From a virus (Duplodnaviria; Heunggongvirae; Uroviricota; Caudoviricetes), in the IMG/VR virus record IMGVR_UViG_2869924733_000002: a stretch of 23,140 bases of DNA; one strand, 5' to 3'. A model generated the notes under the pieces. The model was not told where the DNA came from. It made no database searches and saw nothing but the letters and a program-made list of their open reading frames with translations. Every line of letters starts with the position of its first letter. Position 1 is the first letter of the stretch. A program made the position numbers and the translations under genes. This document shows, in pieces, positions 1 to 7,941 of this stretch.

Positions 1-819
1 ATGTGTCAGGTATTTGGTGTATCCAGGAGCGGTTATTACAACTGGGTACAGCATGAACCCTCAGACAGAAAACAAAGTGATGAGCGGCTAAAACTGGAGA
101 TTAAGGTGGCACATATCCGCACTCGCGAAACATATGGAACCCGGCGGCTCCAGACGGAGCTGGCAGAGAATGGCATCATCGTTGGTCGTGACCGACAGGC
201 ACGTCTTCGTAAGGAGCTAAGGCTACGCTGTAAGCAGAAACGCAAGTTCAGAGCGACTACGAACCCGAACCACAATCTGCCAGTTGCGCCAAATCTGCTG
301 AACCAGACGTTCGCTCCTACAGCACCAAATCAGGTCTGGGTGGCGGACCTGACGTATGTTGCCACACAGGAGGGATGGTTGTACCTCGCTGGCATCAAAG
401 ATGTTTATACGTGCGAAATTGTCGGCTACGCCATGGGAGAGCGCATGACAAAAGAGCTGACAGGTAAAGCCCTGTTTATGGCGCTCAGGAGCCAGCGCCC
501 ACCTGCCGGGCTAATCCACCACTCTGATCGAGGTTCACAGTACTGCGCATACGATTACCGGGTCATACAGGAGCAGTCTGGTCTGAAAACATCAATGTCG
601 CGTAAAGGTAACAGTTACGACAACGCTCCGATGGAAAGCTTCTGGGGAACGCTGAAAAATGAGAGCCTGAGCCACTATCGTTTTAATAACCGGGATGAAG
701 CCATCTCAGTAATACGGGAATACATTGAGATTTTCTACAATCGTCAGCGTCGTCACTCTCGTCTGGGGAATATCTCCCCGGCAGCCTTCAGGGAAAAATA
801 TCATCAGATGGCTGCTTAA
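1..819 (+). CDS. IS3-family transposase OrfB (IS600-like, tentative); DDE integrase core
   Basis: 272-aa ORF with the IS3-family catalytic-core pattern (NQVWVADLTYV...HSDRGSQY...YDNAPMESFWGTLKNE...). Starts at the window edge, so orfA and the left end of the IS are outside the window. Family call is from motif memory, not a search. Confidence 0.85.
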   Translation: MCQVFGVSRSGYYNWVQHEPSDRKQSDERLKLEIKVAHIRTRETYGTRRLQTELAENGIIVGRDRQARLRKELRLRCKQKRKFRATTNPNHNLPVAPNLLNQTFAPTAPNQVWVADLTYVATQEGWLYLAGIKDVYTCEIVGYAMGERMTKELTGKALFMALRSQRPPAGLIHHSDRGSQYCAYDYRVIQEQSGLKTSMSRKGNSYDNAPMESFWGTLKNESLSHYRFNNRDEAISVIREYIEIFYNRQRRHSRLGNISPAAFREKYHQMAA

Positions 820-862
820 AAAAAGAACAAATGGTAGTGTCCGCTATTGCCAGTACACCTCA
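1..862 (+). mobile_element. IS3-family insertion sequence, right-hand portion (truncated by window start)
   Basis: Transposase ORF ends at 819. The sequence ending at 862 (ggtagtgtccgctattgccagtacacctca) reverse-complements to TGAGGTGTACTGG..., the TG...CA terminus typical of IS3-family inverted repeats. Exact end is approximate. Confidence 0.6.
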
Positions 863-996
863 CACGCCATAACGGACTATATCGTTGGATATTACAGCGC
901 ACTAAGACCGCACGAATATAACGGTGGGTTACCCCCAAACGAATCGGAAAATCGATACTGGAAAAACTCTAACTCGGTGGCCAGTTTTTGTTGACC
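863..996 (+). mobile_element. IS911-like 3' remnant (last ~43 codons of an OrfB plus terminal inverted repeat)
   Basis: In frame from 863: [43 protein letters not shown]-stop, recalled as an IS911-type OrfB C-terminus. 961-996 reverse-complements to TGAAGTGGTCAACAAAAACTGGCCACCGAGTTAGAG, an IS3-family-style terminal IR. The IS600-like element sits inside it. Confidence 0.55.
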
Positions 997-1512
997 ACTT
1001 CAATATGCAACGCCGGGTGGCATGGATAAACCCGGAAGAGAGTAAATCAAACCGCGCAATCGGCGTTGCGCTGAATGATACTGCATGTCGCGTTTTGAAA
1101 AAACAAATCGGGAATCATCACCGTTGGGTATTTGTGTACAAGGAAAGCTGTACCAAACCAGACGGAACGAAAGCGCCAACAGTAAGGAAGATGCGGTATG
1201 ACGCAAACAGTAAGGAAGATGCGGTATGACGCAAACACAGCCTGGAAAGCGGCGCTGAGACGAGCTGGTATTGATGATTTCAGATTTCACGACTTGAGAC
1301 ACACCTGGGCAAGTTGGCTGGTTCAAGCCGGAGTCCCGTTGTCAGGGTTACAGGAAATGGGTGGCTGGGAGTCTATCGAAATGATTCGTCGATATGCTCA
1401 CCTCGCGCCTAATCACCTTACCGAACACGCACGGCAAATAGACTCGATTCTGAACCCATCGGTCCCAAATTTGTCCCAGTCAAAAAATAAGGAAGGTACT
1501 AATGATGTGTAA
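997..1512 (+). pseudogene. Tyrosine recombinase (phage integrase) 3' fragment, truncated by IS insertion and frameshifted
   Basis: Begins directly after the IS911-like IR. Contains the catalytic-domain motifs [16 protein letters not shown] and [10 protein letters not shown] (H-x-x-R and the Tyr nucleophile). The frame switches between track ORFs 924..1229 and 1198..1512 at the 28-bp duplication. Confidence 0.8.
1179..1236 (+). repeat. Perfect 28-bp tandem duplication (2 copies) inside the integrase remnant
   Basis: cagtaaggaagatgcggtatgacgcaaa occurs at 1180-1207 and again at 1208-1235. 28 is not a multiple of 3, so it shifts the frame and produces the repeated peptide VRKMRYDAN in both track ORFs. 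Confidence 0.9.
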
Positions 1513-1738
1513 CTTATTGATTTTTGGGATAATAGGAACAATACACATAGGCGATAAGCTTTGTTTTTGTTGCCTTTTTTATTGTTCATTTTTTATAGAT
1601 ACCCCCAAAAGTACCCCCATATCTTTTTCCGCCCCTGAAATTTGGTTGTTATTCATACAGCATATCAGGCGGTAACGCTCTCCCTTTAACCCACTTATTG
1701 TATGATAGTGCTATCCCACAATAAGGAATCAGCCAGCC

Positions 1739-2098
1739 ATGAGAATGACCAGTCGCAAAAAAGAGATACTTAGCTACTTTGAACCGGATAACCTCGAATG
1801 GGTGACTGGTGAGATTGGTGCGCCGCCGTTCGATGTGTCGGGTGTGGCCTACCTGCTTCATGGCATGGTGTCGTTCGATAAGCGTCACCAGCTCGAATCA
1901 ACCCGGCGCACACTGGAAAGCATGGTTGCTGGTGGACTGCTTGAGCGGGTGACAGTGTATGAATCGCGCCAGATACGGCGCGGCGGTGATACTAACGCAA
2001 CGGTCGTGCGCTACGGTTTACCCGGTCAGTGCGCTGTTATGCGCGATACTGGCGGCGCTGACAACGCAATATCAGGTGAATACATGCGGGTCAGTTAA
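1739..2098 (+). CDS. Hypothetical protein (119 aa)
   Basis: ORF with an AGGA-type Shine-Dalgarno upstream (ataaggaatcagccagccATG) and a protein-like composition. Its 3' end overlaps the convergent gene 2091..2633 by 8 bp. No family recognised. Confidence 0.5.
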   Translation: MRMTSRKKEILSYFEPDNLEWVTGEIGAPPFDVSGVAYLLHGMVSFDKRHQLESTRRTLESMVAGGLLERVTVYESRQIRRGGDTNATVVRYGLPGQCAVMRDTGGADNAISGEYMRVS

Positions 2099-2633
2099 TA
2101 GCCTGCAATCTGTCGTTGATGCGGCTCAGGTCGTAAACCCGGCGTTCAATATCCAGCATCAGGAAATTGTGGATCTCGGCCTGCTCAGGATTATCAGACT
2201 CTCTGGCCTGTAATAGCAATTCATTGTAACCATGCAAGCCGCCTGAGTTTTCCGCCGGGGTGGTGCCTTTCCCACGCAGGCAGCTAATGGGCTGATTACT
2301 CGTATCGTGTGTTTGCTTCTCCAGCACAATGACGCAATCCCACCAGTCGCCAAAGTCATACGTGTAAACCAGCTTGTCACCCTCATTCTGGAGCGCCGCC
2401 CATAGTGGCGTGATTGCCGCGTTACCCATGCTTTCATCCTCACCCCATACGCGATACTCGCTACCTGGATCACCTTTACGCCCTTTCTCGAACATATACA
2501 GGTGTTCGTCATTCCAGCCAAAAGCTAACTGGATCACGGCATGAAGTTTACTAAAGGGGATTTGCTCTGGAACCAGCACACGCCGCCATATAGGTGGTTT
2601 GCTGTCTCGGATGGTTATCTTTAGCTGGTACAT
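2091..2633 (-). CDS. pRiA4b ORF-3-like family protein (plasmid/IS passenger protein of unknown function)
   Basis: 180-aa ORF with the recalled signature of this family (KITIRDSKPPIWRRVLVP...YTYDFGDWWDCVIVLE). Confidence 0.7.
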   Translation of the reverse strand: MYQLKITIRDSKPPIWRRVLVPEQIPFSKLHAVIQLAFGWNDEHLYMFEKGRKGDPGSEYRVWGEDESMGNAAITPLWAALQNEGDKLVYTYDFGDWWDCVIVLEKQTHDTSNQPISCLRGKGTTPAENSGGLHGYNELLLQARESDNPEQAEIHNFLMLDIERRVYDLSRINDRLQAIN

Positions 2634-2753
2634 GCAAATCCTGAATAAATGCGAATCGGAAGGATAACGATACTGACGTACTCACAATTCTGTAAAGGTG
2701 AATAAAGGAAATTTGCTTAATACGCATAAGTTACATGTGGAATAATCCCATAT

Positions 2754-2939
2754 CTACCTGCGCGGCGCTGGCTTCTTCCACTGGTAGGCAGGTGCTCGCA
2801 TCATTTCGCGGAACCTGTCGCGCCGGGCTATATCGGCATTAACTGATCGTTCTATCTCCCGTTGATCTGCCTGTGTAAGCTGGTGGCCTCCGTGCTCAAG
2901 TTTGGCGATGGTCAATAAGGCTATTTCGCGTGGTGTCAT
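2754..2939 (-). CDS. Small hypothetical protein (61 aa), paralog of 3750..3968
   Basis: MTPREIALLTIAKLEHGGHQLT... shares an almost identical N-terminal block with the product of 3750..3968 (TPREIELLTIAKLEHGGHQLS). GAGGG-type SD upstream. Function unknown. Confidence 0.55.
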   Translation of the reverse strand: MTPREIALLTIAKLEHGGHQLTQADQREIERSVNADIARRDRFREMMRAPAYQWKKPAPRR

Positions 2940-3236
2940 ACGTCATACCCTCTGGAAGGATGAAACACGCCCGGATTAAATTTCATTTTTCGCGGGTATA
3001 AAAAAACGATGGGGCGGGCAGTCCCGGATAGTCAGGGCTGTAGAGATTTGACTACCCCCTCCCCACTGGATTCAGGTTACTGCTATTCCGTTAAGCGCTG
3101 CTTACGGGGATAGCTGCGTTGTGATTTTGACCATTCAGGTCGCCGCTATTTCCTCACCGATTGGGTGCTACGCGCGCGCGTACTTGTCCCGAAATACCAG
3201 AAACCGCCAGCCAGAGGATGATTTCCCTCTGGTGGT

Positions 3237-3518
3237 CTACCTTTGCCTCTTGCCGCCATTTAACCGGAAGGCGTTACCGTTCGGTTGCGCTATCCCCATG
3301 CGGTGTTGCGTTTCGGTAACAGCTTTATGCAGGTCGCCAAATTCCTCAACCTTCACGGGCGGGCGCTTCACGTTCTCCAGACACGTTTCACGGCGGCGCT
3401 TTATCCATTCCCGATCATCGTCCTCGGTGCATAACAGCATGACTTCCATCCATCGTGCGGCAGCTCTCCGGTATAGCCCTTTTGACTCCAGCTCTTCAGC
3501 TTTCCTGTCCCTTATCAT
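3237..3518 (-). CDS. PerC-family transcriptional activator-like protein (93 aa)
   Basis: N-terminal block KAEELESKGLYRRAAARWMEVM matches the recalled PerC/Pch-family signature. Assignment is from memory of the family motif. Confidence 0.5.
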   Translation of the reverse strand: MIRDRKAEELESKGLYRRAAARWMEVMLLCTEDDDREWIKRRRETCLENVKRPPVKVEEFGDLHKAVTETQHRMGIAQPNGNAFRLNGGKRQR

Positions 3519-3554
3519 TTCTGCCTCTCAGATTATATAGATAAGCAAAAAGGT

Positions 3555-3675
3555 GTTGGTTCAGTTGGTTCAGTTGGTTCAATTTGTAAAGAGTATTGTT
3601 TTTAAAAGAATTATTCGCAAAAAGTGAACCAACACACCCCATTTTTGAACCAACAAAAAGAGGCCGTGAACCAAC
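3555..3675. repeat. Iteron cluster: GTTGGTTCA x3 in tandem plus three inverted copies (TGAACCAAC) at 21-bp spacing
   Basis: Tandem 9-mers at 3555-3563, 3564-3572, 3573-3581. Inverted copies at 3625-3633, 3646-3654, 3667-3675, each 21 bp apart. The same module is present in reverse orientation at 13139-13249. Confidence 0.8.
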
Positions 3676-3749
3676 ACGCCGTTTAAAAACCGCTAATTAT
3701 GAGGGACATCCACCAGCACAGGGCTTGTCTAGTGCTGGTTAGGTGCTGC

Positions 3750-3968
3750 TCACCGCGCACGGAGCGGCGCTGGTTTGCTCCAGCGATATGCGGGGCTGGT
3801 CATCATTTCGCGGTACCGCCTGGCTATTACAGGGCCCTCTGCCAGCTGGCGCCTTAATTCCCGCAGTTCTGCCGGGCTGAGCTGGTGGCCGCCATGCTCC
3901 AGCTTGGCAATGGTCAGCAGCTCGATTTCTCGTGGTGTCATGGATTCCCCTCTGATGGTGATCGGCAT
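3750..3968 (-). CDS. Small hypothetical protein (about 62-72 aa), paralog of 2754..2939
   Basis: Track ORF MPITIRGESMTPREIELLTIAKLEHGGHQLS...; the true start may be the internal Met at MTPREIELL. Confidence 0.55.
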   Translation of the reverse strand: MPITIRGESMTPREIELLTIAKLEHGGHQLSPAELRELRRQLAEGPVIARRYREMMTSPAYRWSKPAPLRAR

Positions 3969-4107
3969 TATATTGCTAGCCAGGGTGATTCTTCACTGGC
4001 CAGAGCCGTTGTGCGTGAAGTCTATGCGTGAACTCCATATGCTATGTGTTAAGTTACAGCTCAAAATGTCCTGTTCCGGTGGTAACTTTTTGGTAAACAG
4101 CGTTTTG

Positions 4108-4143
4108 GTGGATACCAACATGGATACCTCGCTTTTGGATACC
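4108..4143 (+). promoter_or_regulatory. Three direct repeats of TGGATACC upstream of the AlpA-like gene (putative operator)
   Basis: TGGATACC at 4108-4115, 4121-4128 and 4136-4143, 50-85 bp upstream of the ATG at 4193, in the divergent region between 3750..3968 and 4193..4378. Confidence 0.35.
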
Positions 4144-4192
4144 ACCCAAAGCCAGATTGTCACTATGCTTAATCTAAAGCAGAGGAGCCTCT

Positions 4193-4378
4193 ATGCGCCT
4201 TATCAAATTAAGCGAAGTCATGCTCAGAACGGGCTTCAAGAAAACGGCAATCTACTCATGGGTTAAGACGGGCACGTTTCCACAGCCAGTTAAAATTGGT
4301 AGATCAGCTAGATGGTCGCTTGAGGAGGTTGAAGCTTGGATCCAGAACAAACTTGATTCGCGGGCTGGCAACCAATGA
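4193..4378 (+). CDS. alpA: AlpA-family phage transcriptional regulator / excisionase-like protein
   Basis: 61 aa, MRLIKLSEVMLRTGFKKTAIYSWVKTGTFPQPVKIGRSARWSLEEVEAWI, the typical AlpA helix-turn-helix signature. SD AGAGGAG just upstream. Confidence 0.85.
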   Translation: MRLIKLSEVMLRTGFKKTAIYSWVKTGTFPQPVKIGRSARWSLEEVEAWIQNKLDSRAGNQ

Positions 4379-5342
4379 TTAGCTTTAATATCGAGTGGTG
4401 GATAGTCCATGGACAAGCTGATGGGCGCACTCGACGAAAACGATGCGCCAGGCGGACTGTGTCGCTCATAAACCGGGAGTTGGCCAGAGGACTTAGTTGT
4501 CCTTTGCAATTCTGCAGGTTCGCACGTGAAAGTAGCCAAAACCCTGCGAACCTGAGTGCAAACCTGCAACTGCGAACCACTGAGGTGGCCTCTCATAGCT
4601 GGTGGTCATACTGGATATTAATCAGGCCTGCCACAACCATAACAATCCATAACAGACGCATCGCACCAACAATTACTAATAGGTCCGCTCGCAACACTAA
4701 TTTTGACTAAGCCTGAACGCAATGCTCAGAAAGAACGAAGAATGGAATGAATCGTACCATCATGTTGCTCCATGATTTTTACGTTCAAGACAGTTGCTTA
4801 ATCTCGCCTCGCAATTCAGCCCCCTTGCCGTTATCGAGAAGTCTTTCTCCTTACGGTTAATGCTATCGGTCTTCATATTACCAGCAGCATACGCCATCCG
4901 ATTATTTCGATGCTACGCGCGCGTACTTGTCGCAAAATACCAGGCAAAGGCCAGATTCAGAACGTCGTGATAACCACCAGTACAACATGAGAGGTCATGT
5001 AACGCGATTTATCACACCAGATACATGTGATTGGTGTACCCGCATAAAACATCGTCATAGCGCGTCCTGTGCGCATATACGCCGATAATCAACACATCAC
5101 CACCACTCTGTCTCATGTAGAGAACAGTTTTATGGTATCCCCCCGCCATCGTGTGCATACTGGTCGGACGTAGTTGCAAAATTTTTTGCAACTGATACCC
5201 CTCGCGCGCGTACTTGTCTCGAAATTGGTGTTTTGCTGTGGCAGTGATATCAGAAAAATCTTCCTGTTTCACATAAAGCGGATATGCGCGTACTGTAACG
5301 GCCCCATCAACGGGGATCGGATTTGAAATCCCGACCCAAGCT

Positions 5343-5762
5343 ATGTACCAAATGCCATGTCTTGGATATATGATGATTGCCATTCTAAACAAAGCTAAAG
5401 GGAGGGTTGGTGTGAATGCTCAGGCTGTCATCATGGTTTTCCTTGGTCTGATTGTCGCAAAACTATATCCAGACTGGTGGAAAGGGGCATTAGCAACTGT
5501 CGCCATCTATTTGCTTTTATCCGTCGTTAAGCGATCGTTCGTTAAGACCGTAAATCAAGCAAAACGTTTCTCATTTAAGAATTTAATAAACTATATTACT
5601 GGGCTTATTTTTTGCCTTTCAATTTTGATCGCCTCAGCTTTTTTGCCCGTATCAATAGCTAATTTTTTTGGCGCACCATATGAGGTAGGTTATCTATTCT
5701 CTGTTTTTTGTCTTGTTCTTTCCCTTCTTTACCTATGGATGAGAGCAAAGAACAAAAATTAG
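5343..5762 (+). CDS. Small polytopic membrane protein, AT-rich (candidate superinfection-exclusion or immunity protein)
   Basis: Three to four long hydrophobic segments (VIMVFLGLIVAKL, LATVAIYLLLSVV, ITGLIFCLSILIASAFLPV, LFSVFCLVLSLLYLW). Likely true start is the in-frame GTG at 5412, 5 nt after GGAGGG at 5401-5406. Convergent with the end of the large operon. Confidence 0.55.
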   Translation: MYQMPCLGYMMIAILNKAKGRVGVNAQAVIMVFLGLIVAKLYPDWWKGALATVAIYLLLSVVKRSFVKTVNQAKRFSFKNLINYITGLIFCLSILIASAFLPVSIANFFGAPYEVGYLFSVFCLVLSLLYLWMRAKNKN

Positions 5763-5775
5763 CCATCCATGGCTA
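5751..5775 (-). terminator. Putative intrinsic terminator for the minus-strand operon
   Basis: On the minus strand, a TTAGCCATGGATGGCTAA hairpin (7-bp stem) is followed by TTTTTGT. It lies right after the stop of 5781..7879 and overlaps the stop codon of the convergent gene. Confidence 0.45.
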
Positions 5776-5780
5776 ACCAG

Positions 5781-7879
5781 TTATTGAGCTTCTTTTTGTG
5801 ATGCCTGTGCGACTCTGGTGAGCGATTGTGTGACCGTACTGATCGCTCTGTCATATGCTGTGCTACCTTTTGGCGTATTTGCCAGACGTAACAAGGCATT
5901 TCGTATAACAGGGCTTTCGTATGCCTTCGCTGCTCCGCCTACGGCACCAGCAGCAGGAACAACAAACGCAGCCGTTTTTAGCATCCCCGCTAATACTGCT
6001 GCGTTTATGATGCCACCACCAACTAACAATCCATAAAGCTGCTGACCATTTAAGTTTTGAACGTTCGCTTTTGCCGCGTGTCTTGTATCGTTGAGGTATT
6101 TAATAACGCCGTCCAGTTCCTTTCCATGTACGCCTTTAAAGAAAGTTGCTGATTGCTTCCTGTTCCGGTGTAACGCATTAATAAACTTCTCAACACTGAT
6201 ATTTCCAGACGGATCAGTCGCCTTATCTACAGCATTCTGAACTATGGCTGCTCGTGCGTTTTGCCTACCATTGTCATCCAGAAGCCTGTAAAGCTGAGAA
6301 CGTTCTGATGGGCTTTGGCTAAAAACGAGTTTTGTTACATCCTCAGGCGTGGCCTTGCCGCTGGCTATTGCCTTTTGAACGCGCGTTCTTCCCATCATGT
6401 CATTGAATTTAGACCATGAGCGATCAACCCTTGCCATATTAATGGCTTCGTCTGCTCCAAGATTTTTGGCTACGGCTTTTTTCATATCCGCCGTATATGC
6501 CTTGTAGATAATATCGCTGGCTTTCTGGAGCGTATCTTTATCAACAGTGTCAGATGACGCCATAAATCGCTTTCGAAGATCGGTTCTGTTTTCCCTCGCC
6601 AGACGCAGGTCATTTGGTCCGCTGGTGATATCGTCTTTAAATTGCTGCAAGACTTTTACCGCGGCTCTATCCTGAGATTTGCCCGGGCGGCTTAACACGG
6701 CAATCTGATTGTCGATAGCTTTTACCGTGTTTGAGAGATCGACAGGGGTATCCCCCATAGCGTCAATTATGCGGTTATATCGCTTTCCTGCTGCCTCAAT
6801 GAATTTTTGTTGCCCTTTAGTCGCAGATTCATAAAGCTGTTTATCAGAAATGCCACCCAGACCATCGCTAAATGTTCTGACTAAATTTTCTCGTGCTTGT
6901 TGTTGATTCAGCCGATTCTTACCGGTTCCAAAAAAAGGAACTCTTTCGCCTAATGTCTGAGCCTGACTCTGCATAAAGGTTTTATCTTTCAGCATGTCAC
7001 TGGTCATTAACGGCAGATTTCTTTCCGATGCAAAGTCGACAGCAGCCTTTGCTTCAGGCGACATATCACCACGAACAGCCCTCGAAACCGCACTCGCTGT
7101 ATTTTCCAGCCCCTTACCAATACCACCAATGCCAGCAGAAATTACCGTTTGTAACGGATCAATATCTTCTCCACCAGCAAGGCTGGTGGCTCCCTGTAGT
7201 GCTAAATCTGTAGCTGCTGATTTTCCTATAGCACCAAGCACCGTTCCAGCCCTGCCCACTGGTGTAAACGCCAACGCATTAGCAAGAAACGAAGTCAGGT
7301 CTTGCGGTGATAAACCCGGCTTGTTCAGGGCATAATCACCTGATGGCAGAGAAACGATAGTATTCCCCTTCTCATCCTGCCTTAATGTCGCCCCCATTCC
7401 CTGAAGAATCTTTTCCTGAGACGCGTCAGAGCCGAAAAGTTGAGACCATCCAGCCTTTAGGGCATCCATGCTTAGTGAGTTCAATTCTGGGGCAGAGGTG
7501 ACATTTTGCAGTCTCTCCATCTCTGGAGTCATTCGGCTTTCGCCTGTTATAGCATCGCGCATCGCAGCCCCAAGACTGGCTCCCTGTTCTGCTGAACGCT
7601 CAAGCCCCTCTCTTTGCTGAGTAGCTAACTTTGCATACCCTGACGCAAGAGAATTATCAGATGATGTATGTTGAATATTTTGAGTTGCTGATTGGGATCG
7701 GTCTATTTCATTCGTTGATGGTAGTGGATAGGCAGCATAAAAAGCCTGCTTAGCCTGCTCTACACTTTCTCCGGCTTGCGGGGCAACGACTTCATTGAAG
7801 TATTGCTCCTGAGCCTGCGCTTTTTGTTCTGGTGCTAACGCCTGATACTGTGGAGAGGCGATAACATCTTTCCATGCTT
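5781..7879 (-). pseudogene. Large alpha-helical protein (about 701 aa when reconstructed), cut from its start codon by an IS insertion; DNA-ejection/internal-virion-protein-like (tentative)
   Basis: Track ORF 5781..7562 stays open upstream to 7879. Removing the IS (7882-8797) and one TA copy joins it to ATG GC at 8800-8804, giving MAKAWKDVIASPQYQ... in frame with a TAATG overlap to the upstream gene. Has a hydrophobic Gly/Ala-rich segment near the C-terminus. Confidence 0.6.
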
Positions 7880-7941
7880 TAGGCTGTGTCCCTTAATCAT
7901 CTGAGCTATAGTAACTGTCTGTTTACACAACATATTGAACT

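Noticed and set aside
36-275. 79-aa minus-strand ORF inside the IS3-family transposase gene
   Set aside because: Antisense shadow ORF within a well-supported transposase.
3555-3675. Short direct repeats that could be taken for a CRISPR array (also at 13139-13249)
   Set aside because: The units are 9-bp contiguous or 21-bp-spaced iterons with no unique spacers of CRISPR length and no cas genes. They fit origin or regulatory iterons instead.
3121-4266. Plus-strand ORFs 3121..3540 and 3775..4266
   Set aside because: Both are antisense to better-supported minus-strand genes (the PerC-like gene and the small paralog) and have low-complexity, Ser/Arg-rich translations. Spurious.
4252-4710. Three overlapping ORFs in the track (4252..4596 -, 4308..4580 -, 4375..4710 +)
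   Set aside because: They lie in a hairpin-rich, motif-repeat region with no start-site signals and odd composition. Treated as non-coding.
5300-5340. tRNA-like T-arm motif (GGATTTGAAATCC) that might mark an att site
   Set aside because: The flanking bases do not form a T-stem or acceptor stem and there is no CCA-terminal context, so it is not a tRNA or tRNA 3' fragment.
5012-5392. 126-aa minus-strand ORF
   Set aside because: It spans one copy of the GC-palindrome repeat, overlaps the start of the membrane-protein gene, and has no convincing SD. More likely non-coding.
5781-7879. Pore-forming colicin-type toxin with a convergent immunity gene
   Set aside because: The convergent membrane protein and the hydrophobic C-terminal segment fit loosely, but the gene is the last of a coupled operon of three similar helical proteins, which colicin loci lack. 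Kept only as an alternative in the membrane-protein finding.
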